Notes: generated by a model from the letters alone, not told the origin. DNA of 64,000 nucleotides from Candidatus Omnitrophica bacterium UBA6253 (GCA_002441245.1 DJVP01000004.1:52072-116071), one strand, 5' to 3'; counted from the first letter of the stretch, positions 1 through 9,109 are shown. Made by a program: numbers and translations.

Positions 1-105
1 TTTTGGATCAACTTGAACATTAAATTTCTTAGAAGCGATGGCTAAACCTATGCCAAAGATAAGCCCTAATGAACCCAGTATTATTACAGCAAATAAGATT
101 TCCAT
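1..105 (-). CDS. rnfB: Rnf complex subunit B, N-terminal 35 codons only (gene continues past the window start)
   Basis: The reverse complement of 1-105 translates MEILFAVIILGSLGLIFGIGLAIASKKFNVQVDPK, a typical RnfB N-terminal membrane anchor. The ATG at 105..103 overlaps the rnfA stop (ATGA). Confidence 0.7.
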   Translation of the reverse strand, partial: MEILFAVIILGSLGLIFGIGLAIASKKFNVQVDPK

Positions 106-713
106 CAGAATTTAAATCCGCTAAAACCCATAAAACTCAGACTTAATATTGAGGCAATAATGAATGCAAGAGGGAAATTCTTTAACGCACTTGGTACATT
201 GCAAAGCTCAAGCCTCTCTCTTATTCCAGACATTATAAGCATGGCCAAAGTATACCCCAGCCCCATGCAAAAACCTTGAAAAACCGAATAATAAAAACTT
301 CCCGGAACCGCCTTGCCGTTCACAAAAAACATGTCGATATTCAATACTGCCGCACCTAATACAGCGCAATTTGTAGTAATTAAGGTAAGATAAATGCCGA
401 AGGCCCGGTATAAAACAGGACTGGTCTTTCTAATTACCATTTCAATCAACTGCACAAGAGCAGCAATTACCAGGACAAATGAAAGGGTACGCAGATACGC
501 CAGGTGAAAAGGAAGCAGAAGGAACTGATAGATAAGCCAGGTTACAATGGAAGCAGCAGTAATGACAAAAGTTACCGCCGCACTCATGGCAAATGCCTGT
601 TTTGTATCTTTGGAAATAGCCACAAAAGGGCATAACCCTAAAAAACGCGATAATATAACATTATAGATAAATACAGAAGAAATAAATATGCTCAAGAACT
701 CTTGAATATTCAT
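105..713 (-). CDS. rnfA: Rnf electron-transport complex subunit A (NqrE-like)
   Basis: 202 aa polytopic protein. It carries the LGLCPF motif (FLGLCPFVAISK) and has an RnfA/NqrE-like length. It overlaps rnfE and rnfB. Confidence 0.85.
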   Translation of the reverse strand: MNIQEFLSIFISSVFIYNVILSRFLGLCPFVAISKDTKQAFAMSAAVTFVITAASIVTWLIYQFLLLPFHLAYLRTLSFVLVIAALVQLIEMVIRKTSPVLYRAFGIYLTLITTNCAVLGAAVLNIDMFFVNGKAVPGSFYYSVFQGFCMGLGYTLAMLIMSGIRERLELCNVPSALKNFPLAFIIASILSLSFMGFSGFKF

Positions 714-1303
714 GCTTTCCTGCTTTTTATGAGATTAAATAAACCCAGCAACAGGCCGATTACCAATAGCGCCCCCGAAGGCATGCCAAAAACAAAAACC
801 GGCTCAAACCCTTTTATCAAAGTGTGCCCTAATATCTGGCCAGAGCCCAAAAACTCCCTTATTGCTGAAATAAGTATAAGCGCCAAGGTAAAACCGACCC
901 CCATACCCAAACCATCAAAGAACGAGCTAATGAAATTATTCTTACAGGCAAAGGCTTCGGCACGACCCAAAACTATACAATTAACAACTATCAGCGGTAC
1001 ATAAATACCTAAAGCCCGGTCCAGCACCGGGCTATAAGCTTTTAAACACAATTCAATTATGGTAACAAAAGTAGCTATGATGACAATAAAACAAGGTATG
1101 CGTATTTTATTAGGAATGAAATTTTTGACCAAAGAGATAATGACACTTGAACCCAAAAGCACAAAAGTTGCTGCTACCCCCATTCCAATAGCATTAGCCA
1201 CCGACACAGAAACTGCCAGGGTCGGACATAACCCTAAAGCTAAAACAAACGTAGGATTTTCTTTTATTATGCCTTTAGTAAATTCTTTAATAAGGTCTCT
1301 CAT
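710..1303 (-). CDS. rnfE: Rnf complex subunit E (NqrD-like)
   Basis: 197 aa, with motifs LALGLCPTLAVS and GMGVGFTLAL typical of RnfE/NqrD. Its start overlaps the rnfD stop by a few nucleotides. Confidence 0.85.
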   Translation of the reverse strand: MRDLIKEFTKGIIKENPTFVLALGLCPTLAVSVSVANAIGMGVAATFVLLGSSVIISLVKNFIPNKIRIPCFIVIIATFVTIIELCLKAYSPVLDRALGIYVPLIVVNCIVLGRAEAFACKNNFISSFFDGLGMGVGFTLALILISAIREFLGSGQILGHTLIKGFEPVFVFGMPSGALLVIGLLLGLFNLIKSRKA

Positions 1304-1306
1304 CCT

Positions 1307-2248
1307 TTAACTTGTTCCGTAAATCCTGTTCTTGGTATAGCGGTCAATAAAAGGCGTTGCCGCATTCATCATTAATATGGCATATGAAACCCCTTCAGGA
1401 TACCCTCCCCAAATCCGGATAATTGCCGTAAGTAGACCGCAGCCTACACCAAAAATAAGCTGGCCCTTAGCAGTCAAAGGCGTAGCCACATAATCAGTAG
1501 CCATAAAAAATGCGCCCAGGATCAGGCCCCCGCTTAATATATGAAACAACCAATCTCCGTGAAATAGCTGCTTAGCTCCAAATATATAAGTAAATACCGC
1601 TGTGGTAAAAATATAGGTTGCGGGTATATGCCAGGAGATATACCCTTTATACAACAGGATTGCCGCTCCGATTAATAACGCTAAAATGCAAACTTCGCCA
1701 ATACAGCCGCCGCGCTTACCCAAAAATAAATCCAAATAAGAAATATGCTCCAGGATTTTTCCTTCTTTAAGCGCTGCCAGGGGAGTTGCAGAAGCTATTG
1801 TGTCATAACTAAGCGGTTTAACAAAGGTAGTCATATATTTCGGCCAGGAAGCCATAAGAAATACCCTGCCGATAAGCGCAGGGTTAAAAATATTCTGCCC
1901 TAATCCGCCAAAAACCTGTTTGCCGATAGCTATAGAAAATACCGCGCCAACTATCGGCAGCCACAAAGGCACGCCGGAAGGAAGATTATATGCCAGCAAT
2001 ATTCCGGTAATTACCGCTGAGCCATCCATAACCGTAATCTTCTTTTTAGTCAAAACTTCAAATATTATCTCAGTTAGAACTGCGGCTACAAGCGCGACCA
2101 AAGTAACCCAAAGCGCATCTAAACCGAATATAATCACTCCAGCGACTCCAGCGGGAATAAGGCTGATTACTACAGTCCACATAATCCGGGGAATAGATTC
2201 CTGCTTATGAATATGCGGAGAACCGGAAACTATAAGATTATTTCTCAT
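1307..2248 (-). CDS. rnfD: Rnf complex subunit D (NqrB family)
   Basis: 313 aa, with SGSPHIH at the N-terminus, GGLGQNIFNPALIGRVFL, and a C-terminal MATDYVATP / GGYPEGVSYAILMMN region of the NQR2/RnfD family. Confidence 0.85.
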   Translation of the reverse strand: MRNNLIVSGSPHIHKQESIPRIMWTVVISLIPAGVAGVIIFGLDALWVTLVALVAAVLTEIIFEVLTKKKITVMDGSAVITGILLAYNLPSGVPLWLPIVGAVFSIAIGKQVFGGLGQNIFNPALIGRVFLMASWPKYMTTFVKPLSYDTIASATPLAALKEGKILEHISYLDLFLGKRGGCIGEVCILALLIGAAILLYKGYISWHIPATYIFTTAVFTYIFGAKQLFHGDWLFHILSGGLILGAFFMATDYVATPLTAKGQLIFGVGCGLLTAIIRIWGGYPEGVSYAILMMNAATPFIDRYTKNRIYGTS

Positions 2249-2762
2249 TTTTTGTCAACTCTCTTATCTCTTGTGTTTTTTTAACTATTGAATCCATTAC
2301 TGCCCGGCTGGAAATCGTTGCCCCGGAAATTGCCTGCACTCCCGATAAATCCAGAGCGTCCCGGTTGCTAAACTGCCCGGTAAAACTGTTTTCTGTAACA
2401 CGCATACCCAAACCGGGGGTTTCATTTAAGGATATGACTTTTACAGCGCTTATTCTATCATCAAGAAAAATACCGACTAAGGTTTCAATTACGCTAGAAT
2501 ACCCCTTACCGCTGGCCTTAAAAACAAACCCTATTAATTTATCCTGGCCATCCAAAGCCTTATAATACAGTACCTGCTGGGCTGATTTTACCTCGGCAAA
2601 CTTTTCGGCCTTAGGCATTACCTCTTTAAGCGCCATCTGCTCCTCTGCCAGCGCCTGAGCTGCTATCTTGGAACGAGTAAGTGAATTGACCCCGGCTAAT
2701 AACCCTGCGGCAATTACGCAAATTAACGCCAAGGTGAAACCGTAACGGGTGATTTCTCTCAT
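2238..2762 (-). CDS. rnfG: Rnf complex subunit G (FMN-binding)
   Basis: 174 aa with an N-terminal TM anchor and the FMN_bind motifs ETPGLG and SGATISSRAV. Confidence 0.8.
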   Translation of the reverse strand: MREITRYGFTLALICVIAAGLLAGVNSLTRSKIAAQALAEEQMALKEVMPKAEKFAEVKSAQQVLYYKALDGQDKLIGFVFKASGKGYSSVIETLVGIFLDDRISAVKVISLNETPGLGMRVTENSFTGQFSNRDALDLSGVQAISGATISSRAVMDSIVKKTQEIRELTKNEK

Positions 2763-2763
2763 T

Positions 2764-4032
2764 TTATCTTAATCCCTCAAGTTTTGCTCTTTTAATCGTC
2801 TGCAACAGCATGCGGTGTGCAGGACAAACGTAGTTACATATGCCGCATTCAATACAATCGCCGGCCCCATACTCTTTAGTTAATGACCAAAGAGACCTCT
2901 CCGAGGCTAAATTAATCTGGCAAGGCATAAGCCCTACAGGACAGCCGCGCACACAAGCAGCGCAGCGTATGCAGGGACCCTCTTCTAAAGGCTTAGCTTC
3001 TTTTGCATTCATAAGCAACAACCCGCCGCTCGATTTTATTATAGGGACTTCATCTGTATATTGGGCAATACCCATCATCGGACCGCCTATAATAATCTTC
3101 GCCGGCTCCTCTTTAAGCGGGCCGCAAAAATCAATTAAATTCTTTATCGGGGTACCTAAACGCACAAGAAGATTTTTAGGGTTTTCCAGGCAGCTGCCGG
3201 TAACCGTAACCAGCCTTTCAATCAGAGGCTTACCCTTAAACACCGCCTCATAAACTGCATACACGGTAGCTACATTCTGTACCAGGACACCAAGATCAAA
3301 AGGCAACTTTCCGCGGGGAATCTGCTTTCCTAAAATATTCTGGATTAACTGTTTCTCCCCCCCCTGCGGATAATCTGACTTTAAAACCTTAACCTCAATC
3401 CCGGCAAAACCGGAGAATGCCTTTATTGCCTCGGGCTTATTATCTTCTATGCCGATATAAACCTCTTTTATCCCCAAACAAGCGGCAATCAATCTAACCC
3501 CCTCTACAATCTCAGCTGTTTTTTCAACCATTAACCGGCTATCAGCAGTAAGATATGGTTCACATTCCGCGCCGTTAATAATCAAGGTATTCAACTGCTT
3601 GGGAGGATTAAGTTTTATATGGGTGGGAAAACTTGCCCCCCCCATACCTACAATTCCTGCGTCTAAAACAATCTTCCTGATATCGGCAGGAGTAAGTTTA
3701 TTTATCTCCTGGCGACTCCTTAAACCAAACACTGCTTCATCAAGTTCGCCGTTATTTTCCAAAACAATGGCTTTTGCCCTGCCTAAAACAGGATGCGGCC
3801 AATCCCGTATTGCGCTGACTACTCCGGATATTGAGGCATGGATAGGCGCATAAACATTGGCCTGCATACTGGCAATCCTCTGCCCAAGCTTAACCGTATC
3901 GCCGACTTTTACCTCAGGATTACAAATCTTACCCAGATGCTGGATCAAAGGAAGATAAACCTTGGAAGGAACCGGGAATTTCTCAATCGCCTTATTTTCA
4001 GAGTAATGTTTATTCTCCGTTAATTTAACCAT
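2764..4032 (-). CDS. rnfC: Rnf complex subunit C (NADH-binding, 2x[4Fe-4S])
   Basis: 422 aa with two ferredoxin-type cysteine clusters (CIRCAACVRGCP and CIECGICNYVCP) and an RnfC-like N-terminus. It overlaps the upstream MFS gene by 13 nt. Confidence 0.85.
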   Translation of the reverse strand: MVKLTENKHYSENKAIEKFPVPSKVYLPLIQHLGKICNPEVKVGDTVKLGQRIASMQANVYAPIHASISGVVSAIRDWPHPVLGRAKAIVLENNGELDEAVFGLRSRQEINKLTPADIRKIVLDAGIVGMGGASFPTHIKLNPPKQLNTLIINGAECEPYLTADSRLMVEKTAEIVEGVRLIAACLGIKEVYIGIEDNKPEAIKAFSGFAGIEVKVLKSDYPQGGEKQLIQNILGKQIPRGKLPFDLGVLVQNVATVYAVYEAVFKGKPLIERLVTVTGSCLENPKNLLVRLGTPIKNLIDFCGPLKEEPAKIIIGGPMMGIAQYTDEVPIIKSSGGLLLMNAKEAKPLEEGPCIRCAACVRGCPVGLMPCQINLASERSLWSLTKEYGAGDCIECGICNYVCPAHRMLLQTIKRAKLEGLR

Positions 4033-5273
4033 GCCGCCTTTCGGTTAAAGAACAAATTTATCAACCCCAACAGGCTCAATAACCCGCCCACAATAACCAA
4101 TATCAACAAATGAGAAAATCTTTCCGCCAACATACTGCTGATAAACATGAATATAAGAAAACCCAGGTGCATTACTATTTCAAAGGAGCTGAAAATCTTG
4201 CCTAGCATATCGTTATCACTGACACTATGAATAATAGTATTGGAGGCAATCATAATGGGGGCGACAGTTAAGCCAAGACATAAGGCCAGCAACGCAGCCA
4301 TGGCAAAATTGGGATAATTATATATTCCTAAAGCAAAAATAACAAGCATTATCCCGCTTAAAATCAAGGAGATAAAAATCACTTTATAATGAGCAATACG
4401 CTGTCCAAACCTGCCGTAGACTAAAGATCCCAGGAATAAACCGATACCCAAAAACATAACCAAAAGCCCCAGATCTTTGGTTGTTGAATGCAAGGTATTT
4501 TGCACAAAAACAATGATTACCACATAAACAGCGCCTAATGCCGACCAAAGCGCAAAGATAATTCCGGCAGTAAAACGGATGTCTTTTTTCTGGATAAAAT
4601 AAAACACGCCCTCCTTAATCTCCTGAAAGACCGATTTCCTGATTACCTCTATAATCTCCTGGCTTATCTTTTTAAAATCCATCACTACAACAAATTTCTT
4701 GGAAATCAAGAAAATAAACATCCCTGAGATTAAAAAGGTTAGCGAGTTAAGATAAAAGCCGCTTTTAGCTCCCAGCCATTCCACAAGCACCCCGCTTATC
4801 CCAAATCCCAGGGTTGCGGCAATCATTCCGGTTGTATTAACCAGAGAATTGGCGATAAGCAGGTCTTTCTTATCCACCAAATCGGGTATAATTGAAAGTT
4901 TGGCCGGGACAAAAAACCTGCCGATTGAAAAAGCGGTAAAAATAATCAGATAAACCGGAGCTAAGCTTTTTGAATAAAACAAGAACAGGGGAATAGCCAA
5001 AACTAATAGGCTACGCAGGAAGTCGCAGGCGAACATTGTCCTACGCCTATCCCAACGGTCCACATAAACTCCAGCCAAGGGGCCAACAATAAACACTGGG
5101 ATTATAGTAAAAGAAAGGATCTTGGCCATCTGCAGGGTAGAGCCGGGGGCGCGCAGATAGACAAAAGCAATCAGGGCCATCTGACCAAGCCTATCCCCCA
5201 ATTGGGAAATAATCTGCCCAATCCATAATAGAAAGAAATTACGATTCTTTAAAACTTCGCGAAACCTAGCCAT
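4020..5273 (-). CDS. MFS transporter
   Basis: 417 aa with about 12 predicted TM segments and an N-terminal FLLWIGQIISQLGDRL MFS signature. Its 3' end overlaps the rnfC start. Confidence 0.7.
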   Translation of the reverse strand: MARFREVLKNRNFFLLWIGQIISQLGDRLGQMALIAFVYLRAPGSTLQMAKILSFTIIPVFIVGPLAGVYVDRWDRRRTMFACDFLRSLLVLAIPLFLFYSKSLAPVYLIIFTAFSIGRFFVPAKLSIIPDLVDKKDLLIANSLVNTTGMIAATLGFGISGVLVEWLGAKSGFYLNSLTFLISGMFIFLISKKFVVVMDFKKISQEIIEVIRKSVFQEIKEGVFYFIQKKDIRFTAGIIFALWSALGAVYVVIIVFVQNTLHSTTKDLGLLVMFLGIGLFLGSLVYGRFGQRIAHYKVIFISLILSGIMLVIFALGIYNYPNFAMAALLALCLGLTVAPIMIASNTIIHSVSDNDMLGKIFSSFEIVMHLGFLIFMFISSMLAERFSHLLILVIVGGLLSLLGLINLFFNRKAAWLN

Positions 5274-5287
5274 AGGTATATAAATTT

Positions 5288-5360
5288 AAGCCGATGAGTG
5301 GAATCGAACCACCGACCTTGACTTTACGAAAGTCCTGCTCTACCAACTGAGCTACATCGG
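5288..5360 (-). tRNA. tRNA-Thr (anticodon CGU)
   Basis: The reverse complement GCCGATGTAGCTCAGTTGGTAGAGCAGGACTTTCGTAAAGTCAAGGTCGGTGGTTCGATTCCACTCATCGGCT folds as a cloverleaf. The anticodon loop is TTCGTAA, and it is near-identical in layout to E. coli tRNA-Thr(CGU). No CCA is encoded. Confidence 0.85.
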
Positions 5361-5428
5361 CAATTTGTCCAACATTATACCAATTCCTAGACAATAGTCA
5401 ATTGCCCGCTTAAACTTTATAAAAAAGG

Positions 5429-5456
5429 TTGACAAACAGACAATTCATGGTATATT
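5429..5456 (+). promoter_or_regulatory. sigma70-type promoter of cspA-1 (TTGACA, 16 nt spacer, TATATT)
   Basis: -35 TTGACA at 5429-5434 and -10 TATATT at 5451-5456. This implies a roughly 125 nt leader before the csp ATG, typical of cold-shock genes. Confidence 0.55.
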
Positions 5457-5586
5457 TAATATGTAAATTAAGTGTATAGGAGAAGTAAAGAAATTGTTGA
5501 GTTTCAAGTACAAACCGCAAAGCAGCAACAAATAATAACCATGCTTTGCGGATTTTTTTATCTATGGAGGAGGTGAGAATTAGAAA

Positions 5587-5787
5587 ATGGCAAAAGGCAA
5601 AGTAAAATGGTTTTCCAATCAGAAAGGTTACGGCTTTGTTACTTCCGAAGATGGCAAAGATGTATTTGTGCATTTCAGCGCTATCACAGGAGAAGGCTAT
5701 AAATCTTTAGCAGAGGGCGATGAAGTCGAATTTGAGGTTACACAGGGCCCCAAAGGTGACCAGGCGACTAACGTAAAAAAGATATAA
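5587..5787 (+). CDS. cspA: cold-shock protein (CspA family)
   Basis: 66 aa [18 protein letters not shown]...VHFSAI, with the RNP1/RNP2 motifs. RBS GGAGGAGG lies upstream. Confidence 0.95.
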   Translation: MAKGKVKWFSNQKGYGFVTSEDGKDVFVHFSAITGEGYKSLAEGDEVEFEVTQGPKGDQATNVKKI

Positions 5788-5805
5788 GTTTACGTATAGA
5801 AGAGG

Positions 5806-5842
5806 AAAAAGACCGGATCTATTAGATCCGGTCTTTTTTATT
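5806..5842 (+). terminator. rho-independent terminator (bidirectional-looking)
   Basis: GACCGGATC-tatta-GATCCGGTC hairpin followed by TTTTTTATT and preceded by AAAAA. It sits right after csp and right after the tRNA-Phe 3' end on the other strand. Confidence 0.7.
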
Positions 5843-5846
5843 AAAA

Positions 5847-5918
5847 TGCCGAGAGAGGGAATCGGACCCCCCACGCCGGCCTTTTCAGGGCCGCGCTCTA
5901 CCACTGAGCTATCTCGGC
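5847..5918 (-). tRNA. tRNA-Phe (anticodon GAA)
   Basis: The reverse complement GCCGAGATAGCTCAGTGGTAGAGCGCGGCCCTGAAAAGGCCGGCGTGGGGGGTCCGATTCCCTCTCTCGGCA gives a 7 bp acceptor stem, D-arm GCTC/GAGC, an anticodon stem CGGCC/GGCCG and loop CTGAAAA. The T-loop reads TCCGATT (C at position 55), which is unusual. Confidence 0.75.
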
Positions 5919-6045
5919 TTAAAGTTAACTATTTTATATATTGTACACAATTTTCTTAAAAAGAAAAGGGGAAAATTGAACACCTCGGGCTTTGGTCCAG
6001 CGAAATCCCTGATCGAACGATAGCAAAAGCAAGGATAAGAATAGC

Positions 6046-6429
6046 CTATTTTACCCCAGTGATAATCTTAACGAAAATATCCTGGGCCAATTCCATGTTA
6101 GGAAAATGGTATCTACGCGCAGATATTCTAATTCGAGTAGTAGCCTGTGTTAAACGGATGAGGCGTATCCAAATCTTACTGGAATCTACAGTTAATTCAA
6201 TATAACCGGTAGAAATATTCTCCTGCTGAATTACCCCATACTGCTTGGAAACATTTATCGCCGATTCCCAAAGCGAATCAAAGTCATTATCACTGTCCCC
6301 TTGGACCGTATCCTTGCTCACAGCATAAGCGCCCAACCCTCCTGCAGCTGCACCAATAATTAAGGGAACGCACCCGCAAACAACCGGCAAAATAAACAAA
6401 ACCATGGCAACAGATAAACTTTTCTTCAT
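6046..6429 (-). CDS. hypothetical lipoprotein
   Basis: 127 aa with a signal peptide and lipobox-like LPVVCGC. No recognisable catalytic motif. Its ATG overlaps the stop of the upstream small peptide gene. Confidence 0.5.
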   Translation of the reverse strand: MKKSLSVAMVLFILPVVCGCVPLIIGAAAGGLGAYAVSKDTVQGDSDNDFDSLWESAINVSKQYGVIQQENISTGYIELTVDSSKIWIRLIRLTQATTRIRISARRYHFPNMELAQDIFVKIITGVK

Positions 6430-6530
6430 CTTGCCTTCTTCTTAGAGAGACCCCTGATAAAACAAATGGTAACCATGCCGACAATCAGCACCCAGGAAAG
6501 AATTATAAATATCCATCCGGCTAAGCTCAT
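6426..6530 (-). CDS. small single-TM peptide (34 aa) co-transcribed with the NSS transporter
   Basis: Hand-translated as MSLAGWIFIILSWVLIVGMVTICFIRGLSKKKAR. It starts 5 nt after the NSS transporter stop, and its TGA overlaps the ATG of the downstream lipoprotein (ATGA). It is not in the ORF track because it is shorter than 60 aa. Confidence 0.45.
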   Translation of the reverse strand: MSLAGWIFIILSWVLIVGMVTICFIRGLSKKKAR

Positions 6531-6535
6531 TTTTG

Positions 6536-8095
6536 TTAATCTTGCTGTAATCTCTTTCGCTGCCAGGCAACCTTTACCAAAATTACCAGGATTATAAATA
6601 TAAGCAGTAGGCCTAAACGCGTACCAAAAATAAAAGGTTTATCCGAGACAGAAACATTCTTCATTATGATTACCGGCAGCCACTCCTGGATAAACCACAC
6701 CCCCAGGATTATAAATAAGAATAACGGCGTAATATATTTAATAATAAACTTATAAACTTTAGGTACGGCCATATCCGCACCCTGATGTATCTCATCCCAG
6801 GCTTTATCCATGCCAAAAACCCAGACAAAAAGCACCGTCTCGATTGCGGCAAAGACTACCAGGAAAAATGTACCTCCCCAGAAATCCAGTTCATTAACTA
6901 CCCCGCGGCCAAGAAAGAATATTGCCGGTTGGCATAATATAAAAGAAACTATGCCGAATATGCTAACCGCGCGCTTACGGTTGATGTTAAATTCATCCTC
7001 CAGGAATGCCACCGCCGGCTGTGCCAAGGAAATCGAAGAAGTTATCCCAGACAGAAATAATAAAAAAAACCATAAGAATCCGAATATGGAAGGCATTGGA
7101 AGCTTATTTAAAACTAACGGCATAGTTACAAAACTTAAATTAAAAACTCCTGATTGGGCAATAGATTTTATATCTACCGGGCCAAAGAATACAAATGCAG
7201 CTGGTATAATTATACTTGCCCCGAATATAACTTCGGCAATTTCATTAGTAGAAGCAGCAGCAAGCCCTGAGAGTACAACATCATCGGCTTTTTTTAGATA
7301 ACTGGCATAAGTAAGGATCACTCCAATGCCCACACTTAAGGTAAAAAATATCTGGCCTGCTGCCTCAAGCCAAACCTTGGCGGACTTAAGTGCGGAAAAA
7401 TCGGGATTCCATAAGAAACCGAATCCTGCTAAAACATTCCAACCGGGTTTACTTAAATCCGGAGTGCCTAAAGTCATAACCCTGATTATAAGCACTAGCC
7501 CAAAAACAAATAAAAGCGGAATTGCTAATTTACAAAGTTTCTCTATCCCGCCTTTTATTCCGTGATAAATTACCCAGGTATTCAGCAGAAAAGTAATTAA
7601 GAAAAATATATACGCTGTTCCTATACCGCTAAAATACTGGTTTTTCTCCAATCCCTGGAAACCAGCCAAAAAGCTACGCAGAGAACCTTGATCCATAAGA
7701 ACAGTATATTTGCCTGTCAGGGCAAAAAAACTGTAAGCCAGTGTCCATGATTCAATAAACAAATAATAGACGAAGATTATCAGGGGTCCGAATATTCCGA
7801 TTACTCCGAAATATTTAATAAAGCGGTTTTTCTGCCAAAGGCTGTGGAAGATCCCGGGGGCAGTCCCATGGCCGAAGCCTCCGCCATAACGGCCAAGTGT
7901 CCATTCAATCCACATAAGGGGAATACCTAAAAGAAGCAGGGAAATAAAATAGGGGATCATAAATGCACCCCCGCCATTTGCTGCAGCCTTTGCCGGAAAG
8001 CGCAAGAAATTACCCAAACCAATGGCAGATCCTGCCACAGCCATAATAATTCCCAGTCGCGAGCCCCAATTATCTCTTTTCCTTGACTGAGCCAT
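6536..8095 (-). CDS. sodium-dependent transporter, neurotransmitter:sodium symporter (SNF/NSS) family
   Basis: 519 aa with an NSS N-terminal signature (WGSRLGIIMAVAGSAIGLGNFLRFP) and about 12 TM segments. Confidence 0.85.
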   Translation of the reverse strand: MAQSRKRDNWGSRLGIIMAVAGSAIGLGNFLRFPAKAAANGGGAFMIPYFISLLLLGIPLMWIEWTLGRYGGGFGHGTAPGIFHSLWQKNRFIKYFGVIGIFGPLIIFVYYLFIESWTLAYSFFALTGKYTVLMDQGSLRSFLAGFQGLEKNQYFSGIGTAYIFFLITFLLNTWVIYHGIKGGIEKLCKLAIPLLFVFGLVLIIRVMTLGTPDLSKPGWNVLAGFGFLWNPDFSALKSAKVWLEAAGQIFFTLSVGIGVILTYASYLKKADDVVLSGLAAASTNEIAEVIFGASIIIPAAFVFFGPVDIKSIAQSGVFNLSFVTMPLVLNKLPMPSIFGFLWFFLLFLSGITSSISLAQPAVAFLEDEFNINRKRAVSIFGIVSFILCQPAIFFLGRGVVNELDFWGGTFFLVVFAAIETVLFVWVFGMDKAWDEIHQGADMAVPKVYKFIIKYITPLFLFIILGVWFIQEWLPVIIMKNVSVSDKPFIFGTRLGLLLIFIILVILVKVAWQRKRLQQD

Positions 8096-8107
8096 AAATT
8101 TTACTTA

Positions 8108-8341
8108 TTACATATTCTTCAGGGCTTCCTGGATTAATGGCATAACCCCCTCCGCCTCATCTTTAGTCAATCTGCCTAATTTAGCAAAGGCATATTCACC
8201 GTTTCTATCCTTTACCTCTCTTACAATCTGTATTTTACGCGGCCCGTTATTGTACGAATATACGCTGACAACAATCTTACCGCTGTCATTTTCCCAAAAA
8301 CGGCTGAATATCTGCGCATCTAAACTGCTATCGTATGGCAT
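8108..8341 (-). CDS. small protein, possibly PC4/YdbC-like ssDNA-binding fold
   Basis: 77 aa. The pattern KIVVSVYSYNNGPRKIQIVREV...AKLGRLTKDEAEGV resembles the beta-sheet core of bacterial PC4-like (DUF3276/YdbC) proteins. This is a weak, motif-level call. Confidence 0.35.
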   Translation of the reverse strand: MPYDSSLDAQIFSRFWENDSGKIVVSVYSYNNGPRKIQIVREVKDRNGEYAFAKLGRLTKDEAEGVMPLIQEALKNM

Positions 8342-8361
8342 TACTCCTCCTGGTTAACTGA

Positions 8362-8670
8362 TTAGAACTTCTTTCCGTGCCGGTATGGACGGGTCTTATT
8401 ATAGGCTATCTTTTTTAATAACGCCTTCTCAAGATCTATCTTTCGCGAACCGCAATAATCAAATATGCGGATACAACAATCTGCCAACTCCTCGGCAAGC
8501 TCCTCTTTTTTGCCATGATTACGCATTGCCTCTAATGCCTCGGATAATTCCGAATGCATAAGCGCGATTAACTCGCCGTCATTGCGGCTATCCAGCCACC
8601 AGCCCTTAGATTTAGCGACCCGGTGACATTCTTTAATTAAATCATTAATTGCTAATTCCTTATTTAACAT
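8362..8670 (-). CDS. MazG-like nucleotide pyrophosphohydrolase domain protein (small, phage-type)
   Basis: 102 aa with HSELSEALEA...EELADCCIRIFDYC, matching the EExxE/EExxD helix pair of the MazG/HisE-like all-alpha NTP-PPase fold. Confidence 0.55.
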   Translation of the reverse strand: MLNKELAINDLIKECHRVAKSKGWWLDSRNDGELIALMHSELSEALEAMRNHGKKEELAEELADCCIRIFDYCGSRKIDLEKALLKKIAYNKTRPYRHGKKF

Positions 8671-9109
8671 TGGCTTTTTTATCCTCTCTTGGCTTAACTA
8701 ATGCATTGATACCGGAAAAAACCCTGTTGGCAATATACTCTTTAGCGTAAGTGCTGGGGCTGGATATCTCAACCATAGTACTGCCTTTTGCCTCCTCAGT
8801 AAAGAATACCCCTACAGGAGTGGTATCTGTTTCCGAGAAATAGACCCCAATCATTTTCTTTTGAGCATCCTCTGCATATACAGGAGATTCTTTATCTTTT
8901 TCTCTCAGGATATCCTTAACTTTTGCATAACAACTGCTATAGTCTATGGCAAAAGATTCTTTAATAGCCTCCTTGCGTTTTTCTTCCAAGATTTTGGTTG
9001 AGACTCCGGCAAAACCTTTAGCTGCTTCTTTAATTGTCGCGCATCCAAATAAAATAGCAGATAACAGGAAACAAATAGTAACTAAAACATACCTCATGCT
9101 CCTTTTCAT
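8660..9109 (-). CDS. hypothetical lipoprotein
   Basis: The start is placed at the internal Met (MKRSMRYVLVTICFLLSAILFGC), which is preceded by a strong RBS (AAGGAGGGG). It has a signal peptide and a lipobox Cys. The track ORF begins 45 nt further upstream. Confidence 0.5.
   Translation of the reverse strand: MKRSMRYVLVTICFLLSAILFGCATIKEAAKGFAGVSTKILEEKRKEAIKESFAIDYSSCYAKVKDILREKDKESPVYAEDAQKKMIGVYFSETDTTPVGVFFTEEAKGSTMVEISSPSTYAKEYIANRVFSGINALVKPREDKKANVK

Noticed and set aside
5410-5673. 87-aa minus-strand ORF overlapping the cspA-1 leader and start
   Set aside because: It lies antisense to a clearly real csp gene with its own promoter and RBS. It has AT-rich low-complexity translation and no start context. 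I judged it spurious.
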